From positions 372,001-436,000 of the forward strand of contig BAAIJX010000005.1 in the NCBI GenBank assembly GCA_054600435.1: a DNA stretch of 64,000 nt, given 5' to 3'. The translations under genes were made by a program, and so were the position numbers. Of this stretch, positions 33,574 through 47,168 are shown in pieces (within the stretch, counting starts at the first letter, position 1; each line of letters opens with the position of its first letter). Origin of the DNA: Neophaeotheca triangularis. Its lineage: Eukaryota. Below the pieces are notes generated by a model. That model was not told where the DNA came from. It did no database searches and saw nothing but the letters and a program-made list of their open reading frames with translations.

Positions 33574-36300
33574 ATGTCCGTCTCGACGACCGCCGGTCAT
33601 GGCAGCAGTAGAACCGAGGGCTCGACATCTGGAGTCGCCATTCTCGCTGCTTTCATTCCAACCTTTCTCACAGCACTAGTTTATCTCATCACCTTTGCCG
33701 CAATTCGCAACATTTACCCCAAAATCTACGCGCCAAGGACCTTCCTCCAGACTATCCCAGAGAAGGACCGCACACCCGGCTCATCGTCCAAAGGTGCTTC
33801 CTGGTTCAAGGATTTCAGGTCCCTCCCGGATCGCTTCGTCCTGCAACATGTTTCCCTGGACGCCTATCTCTATTTGCGGTTTTTGCGCTTCATAATCTTC
33901 GTCTGCTTCCTCGGCTGCTGCATCACCTTTCCGGTGCTGCTACCAATCAACTACACAGGCGGTGGCACTGCTTCTCAGCTTGACAAGATCAGCTTCTCCA
34001 ACATTGATGATAACAGCCACCTTTGGGGTCACGTCGCCGTTGCTTGGGTGCTGTTTGGAGGAATACTTGCACTGCTAGCGCGAGAGCGCCTGCAGCTCAT
34101 AGGTACACGTCAGGCTTACCTGCTCGACCCGTCCCACTCGTCGCGACTATCAGCCCGGACCGTGCTGTTCTTACACGTACCGCACAGCAAAACCCTGCCC
34201 GAAAATCTCAAGTCTACATTCGGGGATAAGGCCGAGCGCTCTTGGCCTGTCAAGGACGCGGGCGCGCTTGAAGGTCTCGTGGGGAACCGCAACTCGACCG
34301 TCTTCAAGCTTGAATCTGCCGAACTCGACTTGCTCCAGAATGCGGCCAAATCACGAAGGAATGGCCGAAGCAGCGCGACTGGCACTACCAATGATGAAGA
34401 AGCGCCTCTCATGAACAAAGCCAACAGGCCGACTGAGCGAAGCCCTCCAATCATCGGCACAAAGATCGATAGCATCAACCTGTTCAGAAACTCCGTCCGC
34501 GAGTTGGCAGACGAGATCCAGCGTCGTCGCGAAGAAACTCCCAACAAACAGGTACCGGACAGGTCGGGCGTGTTTGTCTCTTTCAGTGATCAAGCTGGCG
34601 CGCACAACGCATACGAGAGTATCAGCTTTGAACCAAAAGTACCGACAATGACGGAGTTTCTCGCGCCGCAGCCGAAGGAAGTGCTATGGAGCAATATTGC
34701 AATCTCTGCCAAGCAGCGTCTATCGAAAGAGAGCCTTGCCTTGATTTTCGTCATCGCCTTTACCATTTTCTTCGCCATCCCGGTCGGCATAATCGGTAGT
34801 ATCAGCAATGTGCAGTATCTGGCAGAAAATTTCAAGTGGCTGGCATGGGTTGAGAATTTGCCTCCGGTGGTTCTTGGTTTGCTTGAGGGATTCGTGCCGC
34901 CGTTTTTGGTCAGCTGGTTCGTGTCATACGTGCCGAAGCTGTTTAGACGTAAGTTCATTGAGACTCGACTGAGACAACGAGAAGGATCAAACTGACCTTC
35001 AACAGATATCGCGAAACTTTCTGGCGAGCCTACCACCAGCCAAGCAGAGCTCAAGACTCAAGCATGGTATTTCGCATTCCAGGTGGTCAACGTCTTTCTC
35101 GTCACGACATTTTCCTCTGGAGCAGCGTCAGTGGCGACAAGCATCTTCCAAGATCCAAAGTCAGCCCCTAGCCTGTTGGCTGAGAACCTTCCCAAGGCTT
35201 CAAACTTCTACTTGACCTACTTCATCTTACAAGGTACCTCTGGGGCCGCGGATGCCGTGCTCAACTACTCCGACCTCTTCGAGTATCTCTTCTACCTCAA
35301 GTTCTGGGATAAGACGCCGCGTGAGAAGCTCAACACGCACATTGATATGAAGAACGCTGCCTGGGGAAAACTATATCCCAAATTCACAAACCTACTGGTC
35401 ATTGGTAAGAGCTGACCTTTCCGATCGCCGCTCACGCTCACGCTTACACTAACACCCTACCCAGCCATCGCCTATTCATGCATCGCTCCTCTCGTGCTCG
35501 GCTTTGCCACGATAGGCCTATCAATCTACTACCTCGCCTATCGCTACAACCTCCTCTACGTAATCCAACCCAAAGTACAAACAAAAGGCGAGGCCTACAA
35601 ACGCGCCCTGCAACAAATACCCACAGGAATCTACCTAGCTGAGCTGTGCCTAATCGGACTCGTCAGCGCGCGCAAAGCCGCCGCCCAAACCGCCGTGCTC
35701 ATCGTTCTCCTCGTAGCCACAGCCCTCACAAACCTCATCCTCGACCGCACCCTGCGCCCGCTCGAACTCTACCTCGGCATCGACAGCTGGCGCGAAGCCG
35801 AAATCCCGCTCTTGGCAAACGAAGACGACATCCCCTCGGACGACCACGAAGCCTTGCACGTCGCCTCGCACAACCGGCGCCTGGGCTTGCTTCCCAAACT
35901 CCCGCGTCGCGCTGCAGATTTCCTCTCCGCATACTTCGACAGCATCGCATCCGCCTCACGACGCCAAGTGAAATCCTGGCTCCACGAGTCGTCCCCCGAT
36001 GCCGACGACGACGACGACGACGACGACTCCCTCCTTGATGACAGCCGATTTACCGAACACCAGCTCTCCGCATCGGAACTCGAGTCCCTCTATACGAACC
36101 CCGCTTTCGTGACCCCGACGCCCAAAGTCTGGATCCCTCGCGACGCGGCGGGTTTCAGCCGCGGTGAAATCGATGCCAACGCGGGCGTGGGAATCGGGAC
36201 TACGGATGAAGGTGCCTGGCTGGATGAGTGGGGTCGCGTGCAGTGGAGTTGGGAGGATTTGGAGCGGGTGCCGGTTTGGAAAAAGGGAATGGATGTTTAG
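33574..36300 (+). CDS. CSC1/OSCA/TMEM63 (DUF221, Rsn1/Phm7-like) stress-gated cation channel
   Basis: IYAPRT, SLDAYLYLRFLR, SARTVLF, LAPQPKEVLWSN, FQVVNVFLVTTFSSGA, LLAENLPKASNFYLTYF and AYRYNLLYV. Introns 34949-35005 and 35405-35464. Confidence 0.93.
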
Positions 36301-37500
36301 GGTAAGGGTTTGGGTGTGGAAAAGTTTGTTTGTTTCCTACGGTTTTGTCGGGCTTGTATGGAATTGTGGAAATGCGTGTATCAATACTTTCAATCCATAG
36401 CAAAGGTAAATCTGCAGTGTTCCTTGCGTTCCTTGCGTGGTGGCCATCGGCTTCTTTTGATCCGTGGGTCTCACTTGTAGTGAATTTCCGGGTGCTCGCA
36501 GAGGACGATCACCAACCAGACCAACGATGCTACGCTGCACACGCGCGGAAATCTAGCACAAGTGAACCTCGCCCCCGACAATGGAGCGGGAAACCCGAGT
36601 TCGTAGAAAGACGGGTACCGTCTTAAAACCCAAACCGCAAACCGCAGACACCGGGCCACGGAAGAAGCAGCGTCAGCAACCGCAGAGAAAAGGCTTCGAG
36701 AAATTTTCCACGCCGCTGCTCAGGGACGCAAAACAACTAGCAGAAACCCACCCACCCACCCCGTCATTTGCGGCACCCGCGACAGCAAAGAGTATGTATG
36801 GCTTTCACGATGGAAGTTCCTCGATGCCTCTGTGATTGAAAGTCGGAAGCGCTCGGGGATTTCTATCGGGTACACTGGCGACGTTCTTGTCTATTCTATG
36901 CCAGCCGACTGCCTGGTGCTGTTGGGGAGAATGTGAAGGGATGGGATGGATGCACAAGCCGTCTACTAGAGGCGCGAGGGTGAGGTTGTCGGGGGCTTTC
37001 TGTTGCTGGGATTCGGAATGCCTCGACTCGTCCTGCTCCTGGATGAGGTGGCGGGAGTTGCGGGTTTTACTTGGCTTGGTCGGTGTGTGCATGGTGTTTG
37101 CTGGACTGCAGGGGGTGGGGGATGGCATGTATGCTCTTGTTCTCGTGGTGTCGTGGAGGCTGTCCATGGGGGCACGCTCTTTGGGAGTTGCTGTTGTCGA
37201 GTTGTGTGCCCTAGTGGTTTGCTAGGTGACTTCCCATTTTTTTCCCTTTCCGGCAGAGACGCTGCGTCCGCAGTGAGTACATACGGACGTCGGCTAGACT
37301 ACCTACACTACTCTTGCGCTTTCGTAATTCAAAATCTTCCAGGAATCTTGGCGGGTGTTTGCTTGCTAGCTGGGAACTGCGGGAGCGTTTCGGCTGCAGG
37401 ACACGCGACACGGGAATGGGGATGGGAAGACGGAAGTGTGGTGTCATTTTGACGAGTTCGGGAGACATCAATATAGGTAAGCAATGCTTCGTCGTCACTC

Positions 37501-38051
37501 TTACATCTTAGGCTTGCTGCCGCTCGCGCTCGTGCACAAATCGTCGGGCACCCAGTCGTACTTGGCTTCGGGGAAGACGAAGAATTTCGGCCGGTGGCAT
37601 TCGCCGTCTATGATACCGCAGTGCACAATGACTAGGTCATCGACGTTGGGGTTGCGAAGGTAGAGGGAGGAGCCCTGGGCTGTTAGTTTACTACGACGAT
37701 TCCTCTTGTTGTTTGTCAAGTGCGAAGGGTATTTAAACGCTAAATTCGACCGAATGTTGGCAGCTCTCGATAAGAAAAAAGGGGTCGGCGTACACAATTC
37801 GAGCAAAAGCTTCGTACAATGGTGTTGCCGGTCTTGGTGGCACTGTCGCGGTATTCACGGATCGAGGCTTGGCCCTGGCGTATGTCGAGTTGCGTCTTGA
37901 TGAGGCGGTGGTTGTGGGCGAAGGCGGAGCCGCTGGCTTTCTTGCAGTTGGAGCAGTGGCAAAGCACCGTGTTCTTGTCTTGACCCGTTGCTGTGAACTT
38001 CACCGTGCCGCATAGGCAGGATGCGTTGAGGGTCGTCGTCGTCGTGGACAT
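37501..38051 (-). CDS. GFA / Mss4-like (CENP-V) zinc-binding protein
   Basis: ASCLCGTVKF, CHCSNCKKASGSAF and RSFCSNC-GSSLY across intron 37675-37793. Confidence 0.88.
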
Positions 38052-38478
38052 GATAATGATGTGGGTTCTGATTCGTCGGGTCAATACTGGGCACCTTGGT
38101 GGTCATCGATCATCGAGAGGTGATGTCGTCGTGTCGTGATGCTCACGTACAGTACCTGGTACCTTCCATACCTTATAGCTATGCTGAGCCGGCGATTGAT
38201 AAGATGCCATCTATCCCGACTTGCCGCATTAGGAAATCCGGCAAGTCAGCGAGCCATCGTGAACTCCGTTTGTCGAAAATCGAACTCCTTGCGCAGTTAC
38301 AGTGGGCACTGTGACGTTCGGACCATTAAATTTCAGAATCTTCGAGCGCTTTGACTGGAAGAGGTAACACCGGTGTGTAGAATCTGTGAAGAATTCCATT
38401 GCGCAACTGTGATACAACATATTCGACAAGGGCGCAAGCGCATCCTGCTATAACTACGCGACTTGCCCCGCCTCTACA

Positions 38479-39171
38479 ATGGCGATACTGTCGACCTTTA
38501 CCCTCATCCGCACCCTTTCCATCTTCCACCTTACCGCGGCCTACTTCTTTTGGACCGCACCGAAGGCCGTTGCGGATCAGAATGTAGTCTACATGCTGGG
38601 CGAGTCGATGCGACTGGTAAGGCCCTCTCGTTGCTTCTTCACCCCGAGGAGCTCTAGCTACTACAGCTATCCATCTACAATATGCGGCACAGCACGTATG
38701 ATGCTAACCTGATGCCAGCCCCATGTCACCTCCCTCGATAAACCCAACGAAGCCTCCGCCTTCATCGCCGTCGTCCTCGCCTTCCTAGCTATCGCGGACT
38801 TCACCGCAGCCTCCCTCGACGAGCTCGCCGCGCTGGAGTACTGGCTCTCGAACGTCCCTGTGCGCCTGGCCTTCCTCTTCGTCCTCACCGGTTACTCGTA
38901 CTTGTTCAAAGAGGATGGGGTTTTTGGGTCGGGCAGTGGCATATACCGCAAGGCTGGGGTAGGGGAAAATTTGCAAAATAGCTTGGTCTTTGCGTTTGGC
39001 TTCTTTGAGACGGTGCTTTGGTTTTGGGTGAGTTTCGGACACTACGCTTTGGATACCACGTGGGTGCTGGTGACTGATGTATGACAGATTTTCACCAGTC
39101 TGAGGGATGATAAACGGAGACTGGCTACTCGCATGCTGGAGAAGAAGAAGCTTGAGCAGGACAGTCTGTGA
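38479..39171 (+). CDS. ILM1: Ilm1-like membrane protein (increased loss of mitochondrial DNA)
   Basis: MAILSTFTLIRTLSIFHLTAAYFF...QNVVYMLGESMRLPH...YWLSNVPVRLAFLF...LQNSLVFAFGFFETVLWFWIFTSLRDDKR. Introns 38617-38718 and 39028-39087. Confidence 0.85.
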
Positions 39172-41093
39172 CCAAGCTGCATTGATGGGAAGCGTTGCAT
39201 GGCATGGGTGATACTTCTTCCTACAGATGCAGTGTCCTTCCATGTATGTGGTCAGACCGCCGAAGATTTGACAAAGTCTTTCCGTTCACTGCGATGATGA
39301 GAGGTGAACTGGTTCATTCAAGGCAACATGCAAGCTTTGCTCTTGGTACAACTTACCGTCACCGCAGGATGAGGCCAATCTCCTCGGAAGCATCTATTTG
39401 GCATGCAACTAGGTATCTTTTGGGACACGACTATTCACTATCGGCTCGATGGAGGGATGATACGATATACGGCAAGCAGAAACACGCCATACCGCCGCTT
39501 AGCCGAGCGTGGAGCATGTTGAACCAAAAGGAATCGACGTGCATGATGCAATACTGGACGAGAGTCGTCGATATCTGGCCTGATACACTCTCCCAACAAG
39601 TCCGAGGTTGATGCCGCCGACCGTGCCAGAGGAAGTGGACCATACAAAGCAACAATCCAAATGTCGGATCGCGATCGCGGTCGTATTTCGGCACATGTGA
39701 TGCAAGCAGGCGACCTCGGGAGCTGAGTTGAGGACGTCAGGCATGCAATCTGCATACGTCAGGCAAGAAGCTTGGGGGCTGCAGCACAATTTATCAGCGC
39801 CGAGGCATGGCATTGCTGCGTCAAAAGATATGGTCATCTGCGAGTCATGGATGATTGTCAAGGCTTTGATTATCAGTTATCACATCTTGATCCATCGCCA
39901 AAGTACAGAGCATAGCATCGCAAACGGATTGTTCCTGTCTGGCTTAAGGGAAGCAACAAGACTGCACCGGTACGTGCCTGGAACTGTGCTGGACATGGGA
40001 GTTGGGCAGGTCCCTCAGGTTCGAGTGGTGACTTTGCCTTCCGTCCTTCGTTCGTCGCTGACGAGACGCTGACGAGATAACATGGCGACCTCGGGAGTCT
40101 CCAGCTCCCCGCTTCATCTTTCCTAGCGATTTAGCCGAAATATGCCCGTTCCAGCTTCTCCCAATCTCCCCCACCATTCGCCAAGCACCAAGCCAGCTGC
40201 AATTGGATGATTGGATGGAACTTCCAGGTTGGACATGCCGTCTTCTTTGACGACATCATCCCTCGGAGACAGGACCGGAGCCGTCATTGGTGCCGCTTTT
40301 CCTAAACTTCCCGCGCTATTCAACAAGTTTACTTTCAATCCCGCACGATCCCGCCACCGTCGCTGCTGCCACTGGTAAGCGACGTCGAGGACGCAGCATG
40401 ACGCACGACTGGCTTCTTCTTGCGTCTCTCTGCTTCTGTGGTGTCCCTGCTGTTGGGCGGGAACGGCGCGCGCGGGAGGATCTCTTGGAACAAGTGACAG
40501 ACGGTACATGGTTACAAAATCTTTACAGAAAAGAGACGACGTCTTCAAAGCTATTCACCACTGCGCCGCCGCATGCCTCGTCAAAGAACCGTCAAAACGG
40601 CATTGAACAGTGCACATGGCAATCCACTTTTCATTCTCGTTGTCGTGACATTTCTCGCATCTGTCGACGGTGTGGAGGTGGGTATGGGGCCTCACTAACC
40701 TCAACACTAGGGCCCGACTAAAGCAAACTATGTGGACTCGAGCGTCGCGAAAACTGTGGAAACTTGTGGTCCTACCACCACCGTCACTCGCTCTCAGCGG
40801 TTCGATGCACGAAAAACATTGGGGACTGTTCGGAGCAAAGGCCCCAAACCTTCACTCATCGCGCCTTTCCGACGCCGTCATGGCCTGCCTTCAGCACCAT
40901 CAGCGCTTCACTCGGCACCTGGGTTGAGACCACGGTGAAGGTATAAGAGAGTCCTTCTTTCTCCCCAGTTCTAACCCATCCTTCTCCATTCTCAACCCAC
41001 AACTTCTCTCCACCACTACCACCACGGCCTTTTCCTCCTCAACTCTCAAAACTCTATCCTTTTCAAAGACTGTCCATCCCACAACCACCAAAC

Positions 41094-42047
41094 ATGGCAC
41101 CTATCGCTCTCACCCAGGGCTCCACGGTCCCCGACACAATTCCCACCAAGATCATGAAAGAGCCCCGTCGTCAAGACAGTGGCATGTACTCCGACAGCTC
41201 TGAGACTCCCAGACTTTCCCTCACTCTCAACGACGGCAACGAGATCCCGCAGGTCGCTCTCGGTGTCTACAAGGCCCCCAACGGTCAAGAGACCGAGGAT
41301 GCCGTCACTGCTGCGCTGGACGCCGGATACAGGCACATCGACTCTGCTGCCCGCTACATGAACGAGGAAGCTTGCGGTCGCGCTCTCCGCCGCTGGCTCG
41401 AGAAGACTGGCACTCCCCGTGAGGAGGTGTTCGTGACCACTAAGTTGTGGGACGCCGACCACGGTTACGAGGCCACCTTTAACGCTCTTTCCGACTCTCT
41501 CCAGAAGTTCGGCCTTGACTACTTCGATCTTTACCTCATCCACTCTCCCGCCGACGACGAAGAGAAGCGTGTCGCTTCGTGGCGCGCTCTCGAGACTGCT
41601 CAGCGTCTCAAGCTCGTCAAGTCTATCGGTGTCTCCAACTTCGGCTCCTCGCAACTCGAGGGACTTCTGAAGGTCGCTACCGTCGTCCCTGCCGTCAATC
41701 AGGTCGAGATTCACCCTTTCCTCCAGCGTCAGGACCTCACTGCTCTGTGCGATCAGTACGGTATTAAGATGGAGGCTTATTCCCCTCTTGCCCGTGGCAA
41801 CAAGCTCGAGGATGAGCGCATCAATGCCATCGCTGAGAAGTACGGCAAGAGCCCCGCCAACATCATGCTCAACTGGTCTGCTGCCAAGGGCAACGTTGTC
41901 CTTCCCAAGTCCCTCACCGCACACCGCATTCAGAGCAACCTGCAAGAGTCCTTCGACTTCCAGCTAGAGCCTGAGGATGTCAAGGCCATTGACGACATGG
42001 GCGCTGAGGAGTACGTCACCGGCTCCCTCCACCGTAGCAAGGACTGA
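41094..42047 (+). CDS. Aldo-keto reductase
   Basis: GYRHIDSAARY, REEVFVTTKLW, DLYLIHSP, KSIGVSNF, PAVNQVEIHP and LPKS give the D/Y/K/H tetrad. Strong codon bias. Confidence 0.95.
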   Translation: MAPIALTQGSTVPDTIPTKIMKEPRRQDSGMYSDSSETPRLSLTLNDGNEIPQVALGVYKAPNGQETEDAVTAALDAGYRHIDSAARYMNEEACGRALRRWLEKTGTPREEVFVTTKLWDADHGYEATFNALSDSLQKFGLDYFDLYLIHSPADDEEKRVASWRALETAQRLKLVKSIGVSNFGSSQLEGLLKVATVVPAVNQVEIHPFLQRQDLTALCDQYGIKMEAYSPLARGNKLEDERINAIAEKYGKSPANIMLNWSAAKGNVVLPKSLTAHRIQSNLQESFDFQLEPEDVKAIDDMGAEEYVTGSLHRSKD

Positions 42048-42825
42048 AGTAATCGCCCTTGATTCTTGAGTCGTTGCAAAACACTACAAAACGGAGCGAT
42101 CCTCAAGTCGTTCCTGCCGTCGACATGCCGGCGCTCTAGTGGCCTAAACGACTGGGTCACGCCTATACCGTCGAGATTTCTGCTGTTGGGTGTTTTTTGG
42201 ATCTCGGCTTTCGACCAGATCTCAGCGAGTCGTGTTCGCTCCTTATACCCTCTGGTGGCATCTCAGTTCTGGATCATGGATGAAAGAAATTTACAACAAA
42301 ACGATACACTTTTTTCCGGTTTTTACGATAGATTTGCACGGGATAGACTCTTACTTTTCTTTTGGGAGGATAGAAGAAATTATAGAGCTTTGGACAGAGG
42401 GTTCTTTCTATAGATGAGTCGCAGCTCGGACTGTTTGACAGATACATGAACAAATTCAACGGCCTCTTCTGACTACCATCTCTTCCACTTTCACCTTGTG
42501 AATCATTCTTGACATTCTTTCCTGCTTAGAGAACAACCAACCAAGCTCAGTCACAGTCTTCGAGAATTGGTATAATCCCAAAGTCATGCTCAGACATCTC
42601 AACAAAATCAGCCTAGGCAGTGAACGTATTCACCATCCCTTCATCGACCTCGTAACCAAAAACACCCCCAACCTCCAACCCCAAAACCACATATGGTACC
42701 TACCCTCGACCTGCGGTCACAAAAAGCCGTGTCCCGCCGAGCACGTCCAAGCCGCTTGGCTTGCGTCTCGCTTCGCTGATTTTTTTTTTTTTAAAAGCCC
42801 CTGGCGCTTCCACTGCAGCGGGTAA

Positions 42826-42890
42826 GTACATGTACAAGTACAATAGGTACCTAGGTACCTAGGTAGGCAGGTAGGTAGGTAGGTACCTTA
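42826..42890. repeat. GGTA/TAGG low-complexity tract with 18-bp palindrome TAGGTACCTAGGTACCTA
   Basis: Palindrome at 42844-42861 followed by (GGTA)n. A similar tract lies at 54580-54660. Confidence 0.75.
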
Positions 42891-43935
42891 TCTTTCCAGA
42901 TAAGCGCAAAACAAACCTTGCAATGTGAGGTGGTGGAAGCAGCGCCCGGCTTGTCCAAATCGCAACTGGCTCAAATCGAGAGGGAGAAAGAAAAAGAAAA
43001 GACATCTGAGCCGGCCGGGGGTTTGGCCAACCAGTGGTGTTGCTGACATTGGTACCTACAGACCTCCACGCACGACTCGGCACGAGTGCGAGTGCTCTCT
43101 GAATAAAAGGCACTGCCACTACTACTACCGCTTTACTAGTCTACTACTACAACTACTCCCATTCCCTCCCACAACAGTCCCCGGCCGCAGCAGTCTCTGT
43201 CTCTCTTCCGCCCACAGCACCTCCTTCCCACGTGCCCGATTCTAAGCTCCAAAGTCCCAAGTTAATTTACCCTTGTTGATTTTCCTCTCCGCCCGAGCTG
43301 CCTGACAGGCAGACATGGCAGACAGACATGGCAGACAGACAGACCCAACCCCCAGTCTAGTAATTCCCCAGCTAGCATGAACGAACACACAGCGCCCCGG
43401 TGTGATCGGTGTGATATAAGCGTGTAAAAGTGAGCGTGTGTAGCTCCCGAGCGCGCGCGTGCGTGCGACCTACCACAGCCGTCCGTTGCTGCTATTCCTG
43501 GTTTTTGGAGATGGGTGGTCGGCGCTTACACCTCAGCTGAAGCCAGCCTGCGCGCGGGGAAGAGGGATGGGTGGGATTGATTGCGAGAGAGACATACATA
43601 TGCTCAGCCACCCTCCCCTCGCCGGCTGCGACTTTTTTCCAGCTGGCTGGTTGGCGGGGCTGAGCGTCGCTGCGGTGGGTTTGGGATTGTTTGGGACTGA
43701 CTGGCCGGGAGGGTTGGGAAGCTGCAGTATTTAAGGGAGGTGGGTGGGTGGGAGGCTTGGGGTTGGTGGTTTGAATGGTGGTGGTAGTGGAGTATCTAAG
43801 TGTGCCTTTTCTCGTGTGGTTATATTATAGACCTGCTTTTGCCTGTCTGGTCATCATCACACCAGCGACACAGACGAATAAAGTCGTCCGAGACGCGAAC
43901 ATTCCCAGTTACCCAAGGTATTGTTCAGCGCAACA

Positions 43936-44774
43936 ATGCAACAATACCGCAACATCTGGCAAAAGCGCGTGCTCCTCCCCATCTGGATCCCGCAAATCAT
44001 CGGCGCCTTCTTCGCTCTCGCCATCGGCGTCATTGCCATCCACGCCGCCGCCCTGCTCCAAGACCACCAAGACGCCGACGACTACTCCCATGAAATCTCC
44101 ATTGTGCAACTCGCCGGCGGCCTAGTGGTGGCTTTCGCGAGCACGACGCTGCTTCTATGCTTCCTGGAAATCGGCCTCGCCGCTCGCCATGTCCTGCATC
44201 CCGCTGTCTTGCTGGGTTTCCAGTGTGTAAAACTGCCACTGTGGTCGTATTACCTGGTCGCCCACTTCATCAGCGTGGCAACGGGCGGTGCCGGATGGCC
44301 CGTAGTATTAGCCATGGTGCTATTGTAAGCCTCCCCCTCTCCCCTTATAAACCCCTCACCGCCCCCACCCGAGTGACCACCCGCATGGTCCCAAATCCAC
44401 GCAGCGTATCCACCTACCTACTGACTGACCCGACCAGCCTCACGACTTTCAGCGCCCTCGTCTACGCTTCCATCATCTACCACCGCAAGCGCAAAGGCCT
44501 GCTTGCCTTCCACGGCAACGCCAACGCCAACGCCTACCAACACCAACACCACCACCCGCTCGCCCAGTCCCAGCAACACGAAATGTACGCGCCGACGGAC
44601 ACCCACCTCTCCGTTGGCAGTGCTGGCCGAGACCCTTTTCGTGATCCTTCGAGGCAGAACTCGCACGCGGTGCCGCTTGTGCCTCAGTCGGGCGCGGGTG
44701 GTTATGGGAGCGAGGCGTACTTTGGTGCTGGTGCTGGTGCTGGGGGGAGGGGAGAGGGGAGGTACTATGCTTGA
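43936..44774 (+). CDS. Hypothetical four-TM membrane protein (MARVEL-like topology)
   Basis: MQQYRNIWQKRVLLPIWIPQ..., four hydrophobic segments, intron 44325-44437 joining in frame to LTTFSALVYASIIYHRKRKG and a polar tail. Confidence 0.78.
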
Positions 44775-46337
44775 TTGGGGTCGAGTGTAGGTGTGCGAGC
44801 GTTTTGAGCGAGGTGTTTGCGTCTTCGTTGCTGTTTCTGGCTTTTGTTTTTGTTGGGGGGGGTGTTACTGAGAACTTGGCATGAATGAGATGCTGGGAGT
44901 AGAACGGTGCTGAAATGTATCGTGTTGCGAACGGGCATACTCGTGCGATTGCTTTGTCACTCTTTGTCATGATGGGTCTGAGACGAGACTGGCTGATTAC
45001 AATCAGCCTTTCGCCAGCTCTCCAATGTAAAATCACTGTTTTAGTCTTCTTCATTCCGTAAACGTCTTGCTGAGCCTCACTTGTTCCAAATCGAGGCGAG
45101 GGATTCGGCGCATCTGGTGGAAATGACATGTAATCTGCGACACGTACAGTACACACCATCTCGAACAGATGCATCGGAAACGACGGGAGACAGGCGAGCG
45201 ATGAAAGGGATGGCCGATGGAAGATGGATGATGCGTTGCATAGAAGGCCGGATGGAACAGACGAAGAAGCTGCCCTGCCCGTCTGTACCTGACTCGATCA
45301 CGTGGGAGGCGCCCAATGCGACGGCGTAGGTACGCGGCTCTCTGAAGTCTGAACCCTCGCCCTGTGACACGATAACCTACCAGCTAAAGGTACTTTTAGT
45401 AAGTAGTACCTACCATGGACGTCAATTCAGCTTCTTCCTCACTTCCTCCCGTCACCCCGACTAGTAGTACTACCTCGAATATCGACTCACGTTAACTATT
45501 GGGCCTCACTACTACTGCAGACATGCCCAAGGCCTCAGGCCCTCGACGAGTCATCAGCATCAAGCCAGCACAGCCAGGGAAGGGAGTTAAAAGGGAGATT
45601 GCAGATCGCAAGCCATGATCAGCCTTTGACCTTTCCCCCGTCCACCTGCACTGTCTAGCTTCGCCCCGGCGCTCTCAGGCTGGGAGAGACAAGGCGGCTA
45701 CCATTTTTGAAACAGGCGCGCTCATCATTACAAGTTAGTCGTAATCCTTTTGCGTCGTAATGATCTCGTGGTGGCTATGTCGGTCGCTGGTCTAGGGTTC
45801 GTAATCGCATCGATGGTGGGATTGTGTAGTAGTGGCAGTTACTTAGTAAGTGATGGTGAGGGCGATGTTGCTAGATAGACAAGATTAATACTATCCGACC
45901 TGCCCCGTTTCACCTGGCCGTTGCGCCTTTCTAGAAGGAATAAATGAATGAATGAATGAACGAATAAATAAATAAATAGATTAAGAATGCGCAAACAAGA
46001 TCCGGAGCACCGTTGGCCACGTGTCACACGTGTCTAGTGTCTACCGGTAGTGTATAGTATCATGATTCAGTGCGAGCTATAACTTACTTATTCTTATGAT
46101 TCTTATTATTATATAGGCGAAACATCGGTCGTCCGCCCGCACATCAATGATAATGAATGATGCCTTTGACTATCTAGGTACCCGTGACCGTACTAGTAGT
46201 CCCCGTACCTTAGCAATAATATTAATGTGTGTTGTGCTTATCAAGCAACGAATTATTCGAAGCAACGACAGACAGTGCCGAAATGCTTGAGTTTGGTTCA
46301 TGATGGATGTCTCTGAGGGAAGGCAAGTAACATGGAG

Positions 46338-46369
<32 letters not shown>
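46338..46369. repeat. (TAC)10 microsatellite
   Basis: Read directly, within a long intergenic region with other short repeats such as (AATG)n/(AATA)n near 45940-45980. Confidence 0.9.
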
Positions 46370-47168
46370 GTACTGTAGGTATGTACTGTACTACTGTGAC
46401 ACCTTTTGCTTTCCCGTTCTGGATTATCATATTAATATTAAATCATTGGGCATCTACGCATTGTCCTAGCTTCTCTCTAGTCAAGGCGCCGGTTTGAATT
46501 CATCAATCGACAATTTGACACCCGGACTCGGACCCTTTGACCTTCTCGCTAGCAGCCTTATGGTCCTATATCATGGTCCTATCGAGCCTCGTCGATTAAT
46601 CAAAACATAGACAACAAGGTGGTAGCTACTATACACCGTAGCACAACATCCTGGTCGTGCCGTCGCGGGGATGGAACAGTGACAGCCCAAAGCTTCCTCC
46701 GTTCATCCCTCTTAATCTTTTGACGGAATCTTCCTTGCAACATGGTTTGCTCTATTGGCGTTACCTTGGGCTGAAGACGCCTTCACAACCCAATACCTTG
46801 CAAGGGCATCCTTGGACAGAGCACCACTTCACGCGCAGACTTTGGGCTGCTTTCATCTTCTCCTCAATCCTACCAACCCTCCCTCCTTTCCACCAGCGAG
46901 CCTCTTGAGCCACAGGGACTTGTAAGCCCTGTATCTTCAGCCTCTACAACGAGTCAAAACACTCGAGTGCTCAGGGTGGTTCATGCATGCCTGTGCAAAC
47001 GTAACCATGGACCCGCTGCACTTCAATATCGACTTTCTTCAAAGGATATACTTTCCTCGTCGATCCTCGACCTTGTTGCTCACACCGTCGTCACATTCAC
47101 CCATTTTGCATGCAGCGTAGGATCACCAGTACTACCCAAGGCCGCCAGACATAACTTAATACCACAAC

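Noticed and set aside
36805..37167. 120-aa minus-strand ORF with a plausible leader
   Set aside because: Low complexity, with no domain or clear coding signal.
45781..46550. tRNA-like snippets (TGGTCTAGGG near 45788; CCGGACTCGGACC near 46522)
   Set aside because: No pairing T-arm or acceptor stem, so no cloverleaf.
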